A DNA stretch of 62,706 nucleotides, filler included, from Hausera hauseri (GCA_046269625.1; 12 parts of 12 records of this genome joined end to end with filler, not necessarily neighbours in it), one strand, 5' to 3'; shown: positions 1 through 13,617, counted from the whole stretch's first letter. Translations and numbers: made by a program. The notes: generated by a model from the sequence alone, not told the origin.

Positions 1-1189
1 ATTAGCACGTATAAATATTTTTCACGAGTTAATTCATGTAAACATCGATCACCATAATATTTTTCGTCACATTTTAGAAAACACTTAGGGTCGGATACGT
101 TGTACTATGACTTAAGACACAATGCCGGGTCTTCTACTGTCATATTTGGTCGTTCGTGCGGCAGAATAACGATACTATCCGTTATGTATAATGATTTTAG
201 ACGCTTTTGGGCAATATATTTGTCTGTTTCGTTTGCCTTTCGATTTAAGTGCGTTTGGGAATNNNNNNNNNNTCAGACAAAATTACTGTTTACCCACACT
301 TTATAAAGTGTTCCATAAAATGAATTGATTCAATAAAGCTTGACCGAAATCTGGTAATAAAAAAAAACAAATTTTTCGCAAATATATCGTAATAAAAGTC
401 AGATTAAAATTGCCGAATCTTCAAAATTGATAAATTCAATGTAAGTAGATAATGCAATATGGCGCTAATAAAGTCAAATTAAAAAATTGCAAAAAGTGTA
501 TTATTAAAACAGAATTCTTTAAATACATAAAAATGTCACAACAAATGACATATGAAAGGGCCAGTAAATCCGGCAACATTAACAAGTACGACAAATGCAG
601 AAATTACGTTGGGGAAACGTGGAAAACGAATTAAGATTACAAGCTATTGTTTAATTTTTATACAAAAAATTTTCTTCATACGATGATCGCCTTTCTTTCG
701 AAGGAGGAATTTGATTACTGTCATTATTAAATTGGAATACAGACAATTGGACTGTTTGGTTATTAGAGATATTTGAGTTAGTCGTAAAGGTATTTTTCAG
801 ATTCAACATATTTTTACTGTCAAATTCATGCGATAAACTTTGTTTCAATTGAATATTTTTATTATTTCGTACATTTCGTGTGTCCGTCAGTTTGAGTATA
901 ATTCTTTCGGAAAAACACAGGCGAAGTATTCGAATCGGAAACGGTTCCAATGGTAAAACTGTTTTAAAATCGTTCAGAACTTATTCACTGCCACCAACGG
1001 AACGGCCTTTTTGGCATCTGGAGTATTTGGAACTGAAAGACTGCTAACATTGGTATTTTGTTTGGTTCCTAAATATGAGCGTTTATCGTTTATCGCAATA
1101 CCGGAGAGAGCACGAAGTAAAATTTCTTGACTAACTGGTCGTCGCGTGGACTTGAACGATGATGGATGGCAATCGGGAACACCTTTTCG

Positions 1190-4100
1190 ATTTTGATTTT
1201 TAGAGCGAAGAGTCGGACCAGACTATTGATCCGACGGGGCGACAACGGACGCCCGGCCGCGCCCAACCAAAATGGGCCAAAGGGCGCCGGCCGTGGTGGG
1301 CACTACAACACCCCCCCACGTGGCAAAGCGAAAACTATAAAGATCAAAATAGACGGGAAGAAAAATCGCTAAACGAAAAAGTGTCTGTGTCAGCTGATCT
1401 TAGTGTAGACAAGACATAGGGTGCCTTCTACTGATTTTTCCCTGCTATACTTGCTAAATGTGACTGCGTGTTTTATCTTTATGCGATGTGTTTCCTTGCA
1501 GAGTTTGAAGTTGGGGAAAAATTGTCAAATTTTGTTGTGAGTGTTGTGTTGTGCAAAGATTAGTTAGAATAAAAGAAGAAGGTGAAGGAGGAAGAAAGAT
1601 TGTTGAAGACGGATGGTTAAAGGTATTCAATATAGTGTTAGAAGACGAAGGAATGATAAAAGGTGTAGTGGCGGATGAAGGAAGAGAGAAGAACATTGGA
1701 GTAGAAGTTGGAATTGTATTAGACGAAAGAGTGGAAGTGAAAGATGAAACAGGGGTAGTGGTAGAGAGAGAAAAAGAGATAGGGATAGAAGTAGACAGAA
1801 GAGGAAGTTGTAAAGCGGAAATGGAAGGAGTGAAAGACGATGTATGAGGAGAAAAGAAGAAAGAAAGCGCCGAAGATGAGAAAGGTGTGGAAGGAGAAAG
1901 AGAGAGATAGAGAAGACGGCGAAGAGAAACAAGGCGGAAAAGAGCAAGAAGATGGAGAAGGCGAAAGAAGGTAGTTGGAAGGTGGTATGCAAGAGGCTGG
2001 AATGATGAAAAGAGTGAATGGAGAGATTAGTGAAGGCGAAGTGATGTTTGGCGGAGGAGGTCTTGTAAAAGGAGAAAGCAAGTTGTCAATAGGGGATGGA
2101 GGAGGTGTTAAAAGGATTGAGGGTGCAAAATCAGGTGGCGAAAAAGAGGATGAATTGTCAGAAAAAAATGAAGTAGAAGTCTTGGGAGAAAACGTAGGGG
2201 AAAGTGGGTTAAAGAAATGAGCAGAGATGGAAGGTGAATTGTTGGATTGCGGCGCGTCGTGTAAAGATGTTGGTGGAGAAGTAGTTTCGATGGCAGACGT
2301 ATCGTCAATGACGAAAGCCGGCTTAGCGGTCTTGATGTGGACTGTTACTTCTTTTTCGTCCTTGAGAATGATGATGTTATGAGAGTGTAGACGAATTACT
2401 TTGTATGGGCCGACATACTGAGGTTGAAAACCACAGGGCGTCTAATTTTTTAGCCGCACGAACTTGGCAGTATATAAATAGTCGGATATGTATGGTTTAT
2501 TTCCGTGTTGCAGTCTACAGAATGAGTCGTTGCTGATCTCAACGAATTGGCTCTGTGCCGCTTGTATGGTTTCATCTGTAGGAATATTATCCAGCTAGGC
2601 CAGCTTGAGTAATGGTCTGATAGAAGTACCAAATAATGCTTCTGCAAGTGAACAACCTCTAGAAGTTGATGGTGTGTTCCGCCAGCCAAGCAGAACGTAC
2701 GGAAGGAGTGTAGTCCAACTGGGATTAGACTCAGCAAGGATTTTGAGAGACGTTTTCATCGTGCGGTGAAAGCGCTCAAGAAAACAATTCGACTATAGTT
2801 GATATGGTGACGTGTGAATGTGGTTAATTCCCAATCTATTGATACGAGCTTTAAACAGGTTGGATTCGAACTGTGGATCTTGGTCCGAAATGATGTGCGA
2901 GGTGATCCAAGTGCGGATGAAAACGTCTCCGATGGTTTCTGTGTTGGTGCTCCGAAGCGGAACAGCCTCTGGCCATCGCTAGGAACGGTCCATCATTTCG
3001 AGGATGAACTAATGGCCGTTGTCTAAGGGTAGTGGGCCTACAAGGTCAACGTGAACAGATTCAAAACGAGACGTGCAGGAAAAATGAAATAGTGGTGGCT
3101 TTAAGTGCTTAGTAACTTTGTATTTCTGGCATGCAACACACTATCTAACCTATGCCTTCACGTCAGCGCGCATCTACAGCCATACTACTTGGCGTTGTAA
3201 GAGTCGAAATGTGGCCTTGGCACCAGGATCGTGCAGCGAATGGATGTTGTTGAATGCTTCTTTTTGAAGCGATTCAGATAGGATGACTTTAGGATTATTA
3301 GGTTTGGAGGTGTCAAAGGCCACACCGTCGATGGTTTTGCACGATTTAAAAGATTTAAGGATGTCAGGAGGTGGCTGGTTTTGTTGAAGTTTAAATTGAG
3401 GGAAAATTGGTGTAAAATTAATCGTGCTGACCGATCGGGACTAAAAGTCAGCTACTAAATTGCCGACTCCGTTTAAGTGCTTAATTTCAAAATTAAATGT
3501 GGACAAATATTATATTTGCTTCGGCTGATGCGGAGAAGGCGACTCCATGGTAAGAATTTGAAGCAAAGGCTTGTCGTACGTTTGTATTGTAAAGGTTCGT
3601 GCGGTTAGCAGATGCTTGAAGTGTTTTATGGCAAGGACCGTTGCAAGCAACTCTCTGACAGAGGTGGAATATCTTTGCTCTTGTGCCGTAAATTTTCGAG
3701 AAAAGAATTCTAATGCCTAATGGGATCCATTTTTGACTTGATGTAAGACAGCACCTGCAGCTGTTGTGGATGAATCCGTGGTTAAGAAGAGTTCTGCATG
3801 GGAGTCGGATTAGACCAGGATTTCCACGATTTTTAGATTATCTTTGAGGTGATCGAAAGCATTGACTAGCTTGGCGGTCCATTGAACAGGCTGTTTTTTT
3901 GCCAGAGCTTAGTGATGCAAATGGAGCGGTTAGAGTGGAGCAGTGTGGAATATACTTATGAATAAAGCGCAAGGTTCGGAGGAAAAATGCATCTCTGTTG
4001 ATGTACCTGGTAGTTGTATGTTTTTGAGCTGTGTGACGCGCTCTGGCTGAGGTGAATGTCCGGAGGAGCTAATAACATGTCCTAGGAAGTTGACCTTATG

Positions 4101-6890
4101 TTGAAGAAAAGAGCATTTGGAGAAATTAATCTGAAAATTGTTTTGGTGCAAGCGCTGCAAGATTAAACGTAAGTGCTCAGAATGTTGTTTCGTGGAAGAT
4201 GATGCAATTTGAATTTCATCGATATAAGGATAAGCAAAATCTAAACCAGAGAGAACTGTACCAGTATGCATTTGGAAGGTCCGGGCAGCGCTACGCATTC
4301 CAAAAGGCATGAAAAGGTATTCGAAAAGGCCGAAAGGTGTAATGTCTGCTGGGGCCACCGGAATTTGGTGGTATACTTTGTGCAAATCAATGCAGGAAAA
4401 AATGGTCGAACCATGGAACCTGTGAAGGATATCGTTGATTAATGGTAGAGGGTAGGCATCCATTGTTGTTATGATGTTGAGTTGGCGGCAATAACCTCAT
4501 GTGCCAAAGGTACCATCTTTTTTGGAACCACATATAGTGGTAAAGACAATGGGGATTTGGATCTTCTGATTATTCCTGATTTTTCCAGTTGGAGAAACTC
4601 AGCCTCCACTGCCCGTCTGCGGCGAGGCGATAGCGGGCGGACCTTTTGACGTATTGGTCTATGATATGCTGTTACTATGTGATGGAAGGTGGATTTAGGT
4701 GTTACGAATGATTCACCCTTTTGCAACAGACGTGTGCAGGAAGACGAAATATATTGCTGTAAGTCAGAGGGCAAAAATGAAGTGTTTTCAGATGGTGTCT
4801 ATGCATCGTGACAAGATACATTTGATGTATGAGTTGTAGACGAGGTGTTGTGACAAGTTGGTATTAGGTGCAGGATGTTCGTGTTGAAAATGGCATTGGC
4901 AGCTGTACTATTAGTAATAGGTGCCGCGCAGTTGGCAATATCGTATTTGTTGCCGTAATAAAAATTTTTATATAATGAATGATTATAATAATAATTCAAA
5001 TCGGAAATCGTTTTCTTTAGTATTGATATACTGGACGCGATCGTCGAGGTGGTCAGCAAAATGCTGCTGATTTGATTAAAATTATTTCCGTTCTTTAAGA
5101 AACATCCTTTGCAGTCTACAAGTAAATTGTAGTGCGACAGAAAGTCTGAACCCAATATAGGTGTGCGTACATTGGCTACTGTAAATTTCCAAGTGAATGT
5201 GTTTGAAAAATTTGGAAGGGTAAAAGTTAATTTTGTAACACCAAAAGTTTGTAAAGGTTCACTGGACGCAGTGAACAGTTGCTTTTCTGAAGTGAAATTG
5301 TTTTGGATGTTCTGTGTTGGCGGTAATAAAGAGATTGCTGTGTCGATGTATATGAGAAAATTAATGTTTTGCTTTGTTGGAGTGACGACTGCTGCTTCCA
5401 ATGTGAATACAGCAAAAGAAATGTGTCGGCTATCTTTTTGTAGATTGTTGCCTTTGCTAGAACTTGCCGTGTGTCCTAGCGGCAAAATCAGCTTTTTGTA
5501 GCTGGTAAGTTTGGCCTACTATTTTGTGTGGGTTTAATAATGTTGATTTCATTGTGCATGTTGTAGTTACAGCTAGGTAGACATTTTTGTGCTTTTGTTC
5601 CAAATTTTGCGTGATAGATGCAAACGATGCTGCTTGTATTAAAATCGGGGGAGTAAAATTTACAACCGATGCAGTATTTCTGAGCATTGTTACCAAATTT
5701 GTTGTGATAGTAGCAAATAGACGACCGCGCGGGCGAAGGTAACCGTCTTTGTCGTTGACGAAATACATCAGGGGAAGCAGCCCTAGAAAAACTTTGTCGA
5801 GGCAGAGTTAATTCATTTAATTTCTCATATTATTAATTGTTTCTGCAACATGTCGTTTTCTGTGCGTAATTGCGCAATTTGTTGCTGCAGAACTGCACTT
5901 TGTTGGTGGCAAAGACAGTTGGTGCTGTGTGTGAGTGCAGCACTTCATAGGCTTTGTCCGCCAGTTCGGTTAATTCTCCAGTGCTATGGAGTCCTCGACC
6001 ACAGTGAGCAAAGCTTTTATTTAAAGGGGCAATGAGTTTAACAAGTAACGACGAAGAAGTTTTGGACTATACTCAGATGTTACACCAAGGGTATTGAGGT
6101 GAGATAAAGATGTGCACAAGAATTCAGAAGGATTCTAAAGGTCCATGGCGTTGTCATTGAAGAACCTTTGAAAGATAGAGTCGATTGACGGCTCAGTGAG
6201 CTTAAGAACGGCATTATAAAGTTGAGCATATGGATCGGTTTGGTGAAGGATGTCGATGATGTTTGTGATTTTTGTTTTGATGGAAGCAGGTAAATAAAAG
6301 AACAGGCTGTTGGCTTTGGATAAGGGCTCGACGAAGTTTTGTGATTGGAGCCAGAATTGATGCAGTTTCAGTCATGTTTGGGTAGAATTTTGGCTGTCGA
6401 GGAAGTATTCTGTGCAGGATGAATGAGTGGGGAGTGTGTAATGTGTCGGAGTGTTTAAAGCACTTTGTTTGGGTAGGTAAGTGATGGAGATAGGTGGTTT
6501 TGTGGGTTTGCCCGTGGTATCAATAGTGGGTGATAAATCCATGTCACCACGGATGCGCAAGTGTATGTGAAGGTAGATATAGGGTGAAGAAGGTTGTAGA
6601 ATTCCAGCGATGGTTATTGTAGAGCCATTGTATGTGATATAAAAGTTAGATAAGTGAAGAAGTTTGGAGATGATGTTGTAGATGGCAGCAGTGTTTAGGT
6701 GTGTTAATGCATTTGTGCAAATATGTTTATTATTTAAAAAAAGAAAACGAAATACAGAGAGGTCGTGTGGACGGGGGCGTGTTGTGGAGCGGCAGTGAAC
6801 TGTGCCGTCTGACCGAATGGCATAGGGTGGGTGGCCGGGACTTCGGTCTCGCCGTGACGGGTCGCAAATTTCGGGGTAGCCGAGATCTCC
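1190..6890 (-). mobile_element. Decayed Ty3/Gypsy LTR retrotransposon, CsRn1-like (copy 1): UBL-gag-PR-RT-RH-IN-S/P/T tail-PPT-3' LTR start
   Basis: RT (YPLPLINDIL..IDLHKVYHQIP..MPFG..YIDE, 3930-4463), protease (FLIYIDTAISLLP..ILGSDFL, about 5130-5360), RNase H and integrase in broken frames (about 2450-3850), G7 PPT at 1311-1317 followed by TGTAGTG at 1307. Many stops and frameshifts; no matching 5' LTR seen. Confidence 0.92.
6543..6745 (-). pseudogene. Ubiquitin-like domain at the Gag N-terminus (copy 1)
   Basis: Manual translation NNKHICTNALTHLNTAAIYNIISKLLHLSNFYITYNGSTITIAGILQPSSPYIYLHIHLRIRGD; the end resembles ubiquitin LHLVLRLRGG; homologous segments in copies at 39.9 and 44.0 kb. Confidence 0.65.
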
Positions 6891-7254
6891 GCATGTAATG
6901 CGTCTTTATCGGTCGCTCCATGTTCAGTACATAACAATTCACTTTTACAAAGCAATGGCGAATTGTTCGCGTAATCCATTCGCAATGGATCAGCCTTAAT
7001 GATTACGGCAGTTTATGGTTCATTACTCAGTGAAATAATTTTCCCATAAAGACTTAATGATGTGTGAATTGTCCGAATTGTCATTTCCTCTGCCATTCCT
7101 TCCATCATATTCACCTCAATCGCACCAGACGGATCAAATTTCAATTTGCCAATTCGTACCAATCCTCGGATTTCCGATTTCTCAGTATCACGAACTTATG
7201 AATTATCGGCGAATTTCAAATCGACTCGCGCATGAAATTGTTTAACATTAATTT

Positions 7255-7901
7255 TTAAATGACATTCGCCATTATTATAATTAAATTTATAGGGACACAA
7301 TTTATTCGTATTGCAAATTGGATTTCGTTATGAACTTGATGATACGTCTCGATTTTCAGTTTGTATTTGCCGACATTCAGTAGACAGAGTTTCGATAATC
7401 CTCTAGGTATTTGTAATAAATCAATAAACGAATTAGAGTTTTCGTCGTCAGCAACATAACAATAATAATGAATATTAACGAGATGAGATGACGAGATGGG
7501 CAACGAGAATCCAATTCGCGCAAATACAAGACGCAAGTCAACATCCTCATCAAATATTATCGTAGTAGTTTGCATTTTATTGCAGCAGCAACAATCATTA
7601 ATAAGTGGTACATTACTATTAATGGATGTTAATTCAATTTGGTAAGTAGCTGATATAACATTAAAGAGGATTACCTTTATGGGCATATCCGAATAGTACA
7701 TTTTTTCTGACACCATTTTTTATTTAACACGGTTCTTTCAACTACAGCATATTCATCTTCATTATCGCCACCATCAGAATGTTTCACGTTCAGCCCAGTG
7801 CTATCGGCGGCCATTATATCTCGGTCCACTTGAACATTGGTTTGTGAACAAGTTCCATGAACATTAAGACCTTCAATTTTATATTCCCTCGAATTGCCCA
7901 T
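7255..7901 (-). pseudogene. Unidentified coding-like sequence (two overlapping ORFs, probably one frameshifted gene)
   Basis: 153-aa and 74-aa ORFs with protein-like composition; no recognisable motif. Confidence 0.3.
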
Positions 7902-7920
7902 AATTTTAATTTGACTTTTG

Positions 7921-8020
7921 NNNNNNNNNNNNNNNNNNNNNNNNNNNNNNNNNNNNNNNNNNNNTTAATTAATTAANNNNNNNNNNNNNNNNNNNNNNNN
8001 NNNNNNNNNNNNNNNNNNNN
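7921..8020. other. Artificial contig linker N44-TTAATTAATTAA-N44. Identical linkers at 11963-12062, 16407-16506, 21467-21566, 28627-28726, 33852-33951, 38481-38580, 42557-42656, 46931-47030, 52851-52950 and 57176-57275
   Basis: Eleven identical 100-bp N spacers containing a 12-mer with stops in all six frames, a pseudomolecule concatenation convention. Confidence 0.98.
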
Positions 8021-11000
8021 AAAAATTTCCCAAAACCTACTACTGTCAATGAGTTACGCAGATTTTTAGGACTGGCAAATTATTATTGAAGTTTTATAAA
8101 GAATTTTAGTAAAATAGCCAAACCACTCTATGAATTATTACGTGAATATTTAGAAAAGGTAATATGGACAAGTGAGTGTAAAAAGGCCTTCGAAGACCCG
8201 AAAGAAAGATTATTAAATGCTTCATCCTGATTTATCTAGATATGACTAAACCATTTATATTGGCAAAGGACGCAAGCGATTATGGGGTAGGAGCGGTATT
8301 ATCACAAAAAGGCGAAGATGGCAAGAAACATCCAGTTGCTTATGCGTCGAGAAAACTAAATAAACAACAAAAGAAATATGCCGTTATTGAAAAGGAATTA
8401 TTAGCGGTGACATACTCTTTAGAAGTGTTCTCACCGTATATTAGTGAGAATAAACCATTGATAATATACCCAGACCATCGACCACTGCAATGGCTAAAGA
8501 AGAATGAGAACCTCAGTAGTAGGTTACTACGGTGGGCCTTAAAACTCCAACCTTATACGTTAGATTTTCAACACAAACCCTGCACACAAAATGCAAATGC
8601 GGATTATTTATCAAGAATGCCGAAGAAAGAGTTAGAAAAGAAAGAGGTGATTGCAGCGGTGTGGAGCATGGATGGATCCGCAGAAAGAATAAAAGATAAT
8701 CAAGAAGAAGATGAAGAAATAAAAGCTATTAGAAATTATATACAAAATAAAATCATATCCAAGGATAAAGAATTGGCTCGTCATCTAACTAGATTTAGCG
8801 ATACGTACGAAGAAAAAGATGGATTCTTATACTATATTCATCAAAATGGACCTGTACTAGTAATTCCAAAGAAGAATAGAGCGGTACTGCTAACCCAATA
8901 TCATAATGGATTACCAGAGTACATCAGTCAATGAGAAAAGCGATAAATAAATTAAAAAGGAAATACTTCTGGACTACAATAGCAAAGGATGTCAAAGATT
9001 GGTGTGACAGCTGCAAACTGTGTGCGAAACGAAAGAATACGGGATCCAAATTTAAAGCGCCCCTGAAAATATTGGACAATCCACCTGCCCCGTTTGAATT
9101 TACAGCAATAGATGTAACAGGACCTCTACCACTAACAAGAAACGGAAACAAATACATCCTGGTGTTTATAGATTATTTTACCTGATGGGTTGTTGCACTG
9201 CCTATGCCAGATATGAAAGCTGAAACGATAGCCGAAAAAGTTGTTGAAAACATCATATTTAATTGTAAAGCTCCTCGAATCGTGTTAACAGACCAAGCAT
9301 CCAATCTAACCGGTAATGCAAAGAAATCAGTATACGATATTATGAAGATATTAAAGTTGAGTCCAACTCCGTTTCATCAGGAAAACAACGGAATGGTTGA
9401 AAGGTATATAGGAGATTTGAATGAAAAGCTACAAACAGTAGTTAATGAAAGACAAGACGATTGGGATGAGTATATTAACGCATGTGTTTTTGTGACTCGA
9501 ACGTCTGTGCACTAAGCTACCAAAGAGACACCCTTTTATATGATGTACTTAAGAGATGCCAGATTACCCATTGATTTGGATTTCAATGTACTGCCTATAT
9601 CTCAGTTAATGGAAGTAGAGGAATATAAGCAGCTAATGCAGGAACGTCTCCAATTAGGGTATACCATAAGAAAAGATAAACAGAAGGAATATAAAATGAA
9701 ACACAAAAAGTATTATGACGAAAAGACAAAGAAGCCGGTAATCAAAGTGGGAGATAAAATGATGCTATACATGCCGTTAAATAAGAAAGGCAAGACATCC
9801 AAGCTGGACAGATCTTATAATGGACCGTATGAAGTAGAAAAAGTGGATTTGCCTAACATATGTTTAAAGAAGAATAATACTAGAATTAAAGTACATGTCA
9901 ACAGGTGTAAACCTGCGCCGAAGGAGAGCGGATTAAGAAACGACGAACAGGAACTAGTACGGGCCATCGAATTTAAAAAGGGAAGTAATAAAACTCAGAA
10001 TTATGACGTATTCAAATACCTATGTCTATTTGTTTTTATAGGGACACCAGGCCTGTTAGCTCAAACAACAAAACCACTGGATCCATGGATGAGAACATTT
10101 CCTTCAAATGAAACGTTAGAAAATAGCCTGATGAAAAGTGTTTATCATGAAATAACCTATACCAGGAAAGTCCAAAAAGGTATAAGCTTTATGATATTCG
10201 AAAGGTTACCCAACCAGTATATGATAGTAACTCAGATGATTACGAACAAAGCCCGAAACAACAAAAGTATGATTGCGGCCTTACTTATTGGAGGAACACG
10301 ACAGAATGCATAGTAGATGACCGCGGCAATTATCTCATATACTATACTCTCATCAAAAGACATAAGAACCATTATAAATGGCAATATACTAAGTGCCGAG
10401 GTATCATACAGGTTCCTAGTAGAAGGACAATGAATGTAACCAAATTAGATAAGATAATATTAACTCAACTCACTGTTAGGCCGATAGCATTTAAAGGTGG
10501 ACGAAGCTGCATCGAAATTAGAACAATGATAAAACTGGAAGAAAATAGAGTAATAAGTATAAGACTTACAGATGTAGAAAAGAAACAACAGATGACAACA
10601 AAATGCCAGTTAACTGACAAGCATCTCCAAGTCTGCTGTAATGCTTTACGGGGAAGAACCTATGACTTACAATGTAGGTTACTACAAAAGAATCGAGAGA
10701 GCGTTAAAAGTCAAACTTACCAAGGGCCTAGAACATATGTTCCACTCAAAAGTGTCATTGAATATGACGATGACCAGCAGCCCCATGTCACGACATCTCT
10801 TGTAAATTCTACGCTATCTAATAAAATAAATACAAACGTCGGAGAAATGACCGTTCTTATTCGGCCTCATGACTCGTCCTATTGTTACAAGCATTCCGTC
10901 TTAGAAAATGTCACAATATCTTCCACGCTGACTTCTTTAATCATAGCCACCCAACCTGAGTTAAATTTTTATAAAATTAAACTCACTTGTAAACTAGGTC

Positions 11001-11962
11001 AAAAGATAATAGCAAAAGGCACAATTACACCAGACGACACCGTAGTGCCGTGTGCCGACTTAAATCCAAATATGAAATATACGGTTACACTGCAACTATA
11101 TGGCGACGATAATACCATAATTTCTATTAAGTTACCGACAGCCTCAACGGAAAGCAAAATAAAGCAGGCAGTAGAAAATAAAAAGGTGAGTCTAAGTAAA
11201 AGTCCACCACTACCGAAAACGAGTTACACCCATTCCCGAATAGAACTGATCATAATTAGCACTGTATGTCCCATAATTTTCTTAATCACGTTAGCGTTTA
11301 TAATAAAACTAATTGTTTGTATAAGAAAACGTCGCAGACCAAACTGGGTTAGAATAGACATGCGACGCATACCAAATATTTTGGATACTGATAATCCAAG
11401 TTGACGATGGCTTCAGCAGATTGTTGTCGACAAAATCCGAGAAATTAAGATAACTGAATATTATTCATTTACCGTGAAAAATAATAAGTTTAAAATGACA
11501 ACGATTACCAAACCGAAATATATGATAACCGTTGTATTATATTTAAGATTTTGTGATATGGATATGACATTGATTTTTACAGCAATGGATATTCAGGCCG
11601 CGCAGCGCAGCACGAATTGGTACGAGAACGCCAAAAACCACCTGATAAATGCAAACTCTTGTAATCAATACTACATCCGAGTCAACGAAAATACTTACAG
11701 TCTCAATTATCCAATGATTCACCAAATACCCAATAATCTCAAAGGGTATTCAATGGGGAATCGATCATTGGCGTTAGTCCACATAACAAAGGCTACCTCA
11801 TTTCTTTCCGGATAAATTTCACAGTATTAATATTTATGACATCATCGGCAAATTCCAAATAAAAATAAAGGACATTAAAACAAATCAGCAAGGGGAATTA
11901 ATCAACTTGTATCCAAACCACGGAATGGCACTCCAATTCGAGGTAATCAAAAGAAATATTCT
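8021..11962 (+). mobile_element. Ty3/Gypsy element (family B): RT connection, RNase H and integrase followed by membrane-protein ORFs
   Basis: RNase H DASDYGVGAVLSQ..PVAYASRKL..EKELLA..DHRPLQWL..NADYLSR; integrase zinc finger (CDSCKLC) and core AIDVTGPLP..TDQ..NGMVER; GPY motif. Confidence 0.95.
10005..11404 (+). pseudogene. Env-position type I membrane protein: signal-like peptide, Cys-containing ectodomain with FN3-like module, TM helix, basic cytoplasmic tail
   Basis: VFKYLCLFVFIGTPGLLAQ lies in the integrase frame; the frame of ORF 10430 is open back to 10151; NVTISSTLTSLII..YKIKLTC..DLNPNMKYTVTLQLY fits FN3 LxPxTxYxVxV; TM IELIIISTVCPIIFLITLAFIIKLIVCI followed by RKRRR. Confidence 0.7.
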
Positions 11963-12099
11963 NNNNNNNNNNNNNNNNNNNNNNNNNNNNNNNNNNNNNN
12001 NNNNNNTTAATTAATTAANNNNNNNNNNNNNNNNNNNNNNNNNNNNNNNNNNNNNNNNNNNNACTATTGAGGATGCTGCACTGACCCAATGGATTTTAA

Positions 12100-12861
12100 A
12101 GTTGATGCGAGATGAAGTGGGTCTGTAGTTGCAAAATTGTCTGTATAATGGAGGTGCTATATATCGGCTACGGGATGACTATAAAGAAATTGTTGAACTT
12201 AGCCCTTTGATAATGGGTCTACCTCTTCCAAAGGAACAATATTATTATAACCAACCAGGGGCGTACCACCAAGCCAGATGGATGGCAAAAGCTATTTATT
12301 GCATGAAGATTTTCCTATTCAGAGACCAATTCCGTCTAACATTGAGTGAACCTGAGAAACTGTGTAAATTCCGTCTTTTTCATTTACGTTTATCCATGAG
12401 TTACCTGTCCAGTAGCTAGCGATGCACCTGCGAATGAATCTATATTGTTTAACAGAATAATCATGTTTGCGGGCATAAACGAAATAGTATCGAAAGCTAC
12501 GTTAAATAAATTACTGAATCACACGTGGTATTTGAGTCCTGAGATGATTCCATTTTTCCTTTTTTCTATGATGAGCGACGAAGAAAAGACAATGACAGTC
12601 TGCCAACTGATCGAAAATGACGATGACTGGTCTAACAGAGGCATCAAATGTTCATTCACAAATGCTGTGCAGTTAAGTTCAAGGAGATTAAACCAGTTAG
12701 TCACTTCAGTTTCTACCCCAACATTAAAGCTGTTCGGATTGGACGTTGCAGTTCTGGCAGGAACACGTCTACGGTCATGGAGTACCATTCCGTCTTATCA
12801 ACTGGCTAAAGCAATGGCATTTGATAAACGTTTTAAACGCTTTAATGACAATCGACAATAA
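12100..12861 (+). mobile_element. Decayed hAT-superfamily (hATm-like) transposase fragment
   Basis: PGAYHQARWMAKAIYCMKIFLF and NHTWYLSPEMIPF motifs; frameshifted. Confidence 0.7.
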
Positions 12862-13044
12862 TACTTTGACGAAGAATGGAATTTTTTGTTAATAAATGTT
12901 TTACATATTAACCTTGTATGTATGTATGTTCACAAAACAGTATAAATGAAACGTATTTACTATGAATAAAACCCCATTTGTCAAATAAAAGGTGAATAAA
13001 ACATGAAGAATAACACGAAATATTTATTAATACAACATTTACAA

Positions 13045-13587
13045 CTAGTATTTATTTGTTATTTCACTCATCGCAGAAATAAGCTGTTGTACTATTCTGA
13101 GCAAATCAGATACATGTTGAGTCATATATTGTAGGTGTTTCTTTTCTTCATTTTCTGAGTAGGGCTGGATTAATGGGTTCAATTCAAATTTGATTGTTAA
13201 GGTATCACTGGACAAAATTGAATCCAATTTTCTTAGTGGATAAAATGTTGGAAAACCAATTGCACTGTTGCGTCCACTTTCGGGTTTCATGTAACATACA
13301 TAACTGCTATCTGTTTGTATTCTGTCTGAGCATATGACAGCACCTTGTTCATCCAATAGAGACATTTTTATTATTCCACGAAAAGGCCATTCCAACGTTT
13401 CATCATCTTCACCTTTCACCAAAGCAAAAAATACCGATAAATGTGTATATCTGCCAACACCGTCACCTTCCGGATAGACTCTAATACAGAATTGGTACCC
13501 ACTGATACTGAAAGTATCACTGATAATGACCATATTGTCTTTGCTTTTTTCGTTGAAGTTTGTTAATTTCCAAATATAGGTATTCAT
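13045..13587 (-). CDS. Intronless stand-alone TRAF-type MATH domain protein (180 aa)
   Basis: YIWKLTNF..SDTF..GYQFCIRVYPEGDG..THLSVFFALVKGEDDETLEWPF..IKMSLLD..GFPTF..DTLTIK; AATAAA at 13023-13028 on the minus strand. Confidence 0.88.
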   Translation of the reverse strand: MNTYIWKLTNFNEKSKDNMVIISDTFSISGYQFCIRVYPEGDGVGRYTHLSVFFALVKGEDDETLEWPFRGIIKMSLLDEQGAVICSDRIQTDSSYVCYMKPESGRNSAIGFPTFYPLRKLDSILSSDTLTIKFELNPLIQPYSENEEKKHLQYMTQHVSDLLRIVQQLISAMSEITNKY

Positions 13588-13617
13588 AATTAATGAAAAC
13601 AGGATATATGTACATGC

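Noticed and set aside
1551-2220. E/G/K/V-rich ORFs on + (and 22972-23253 on minus)
   Set aside because: Antisense shadows of the polypyrimidine tract, which is naturally poor in stop codons
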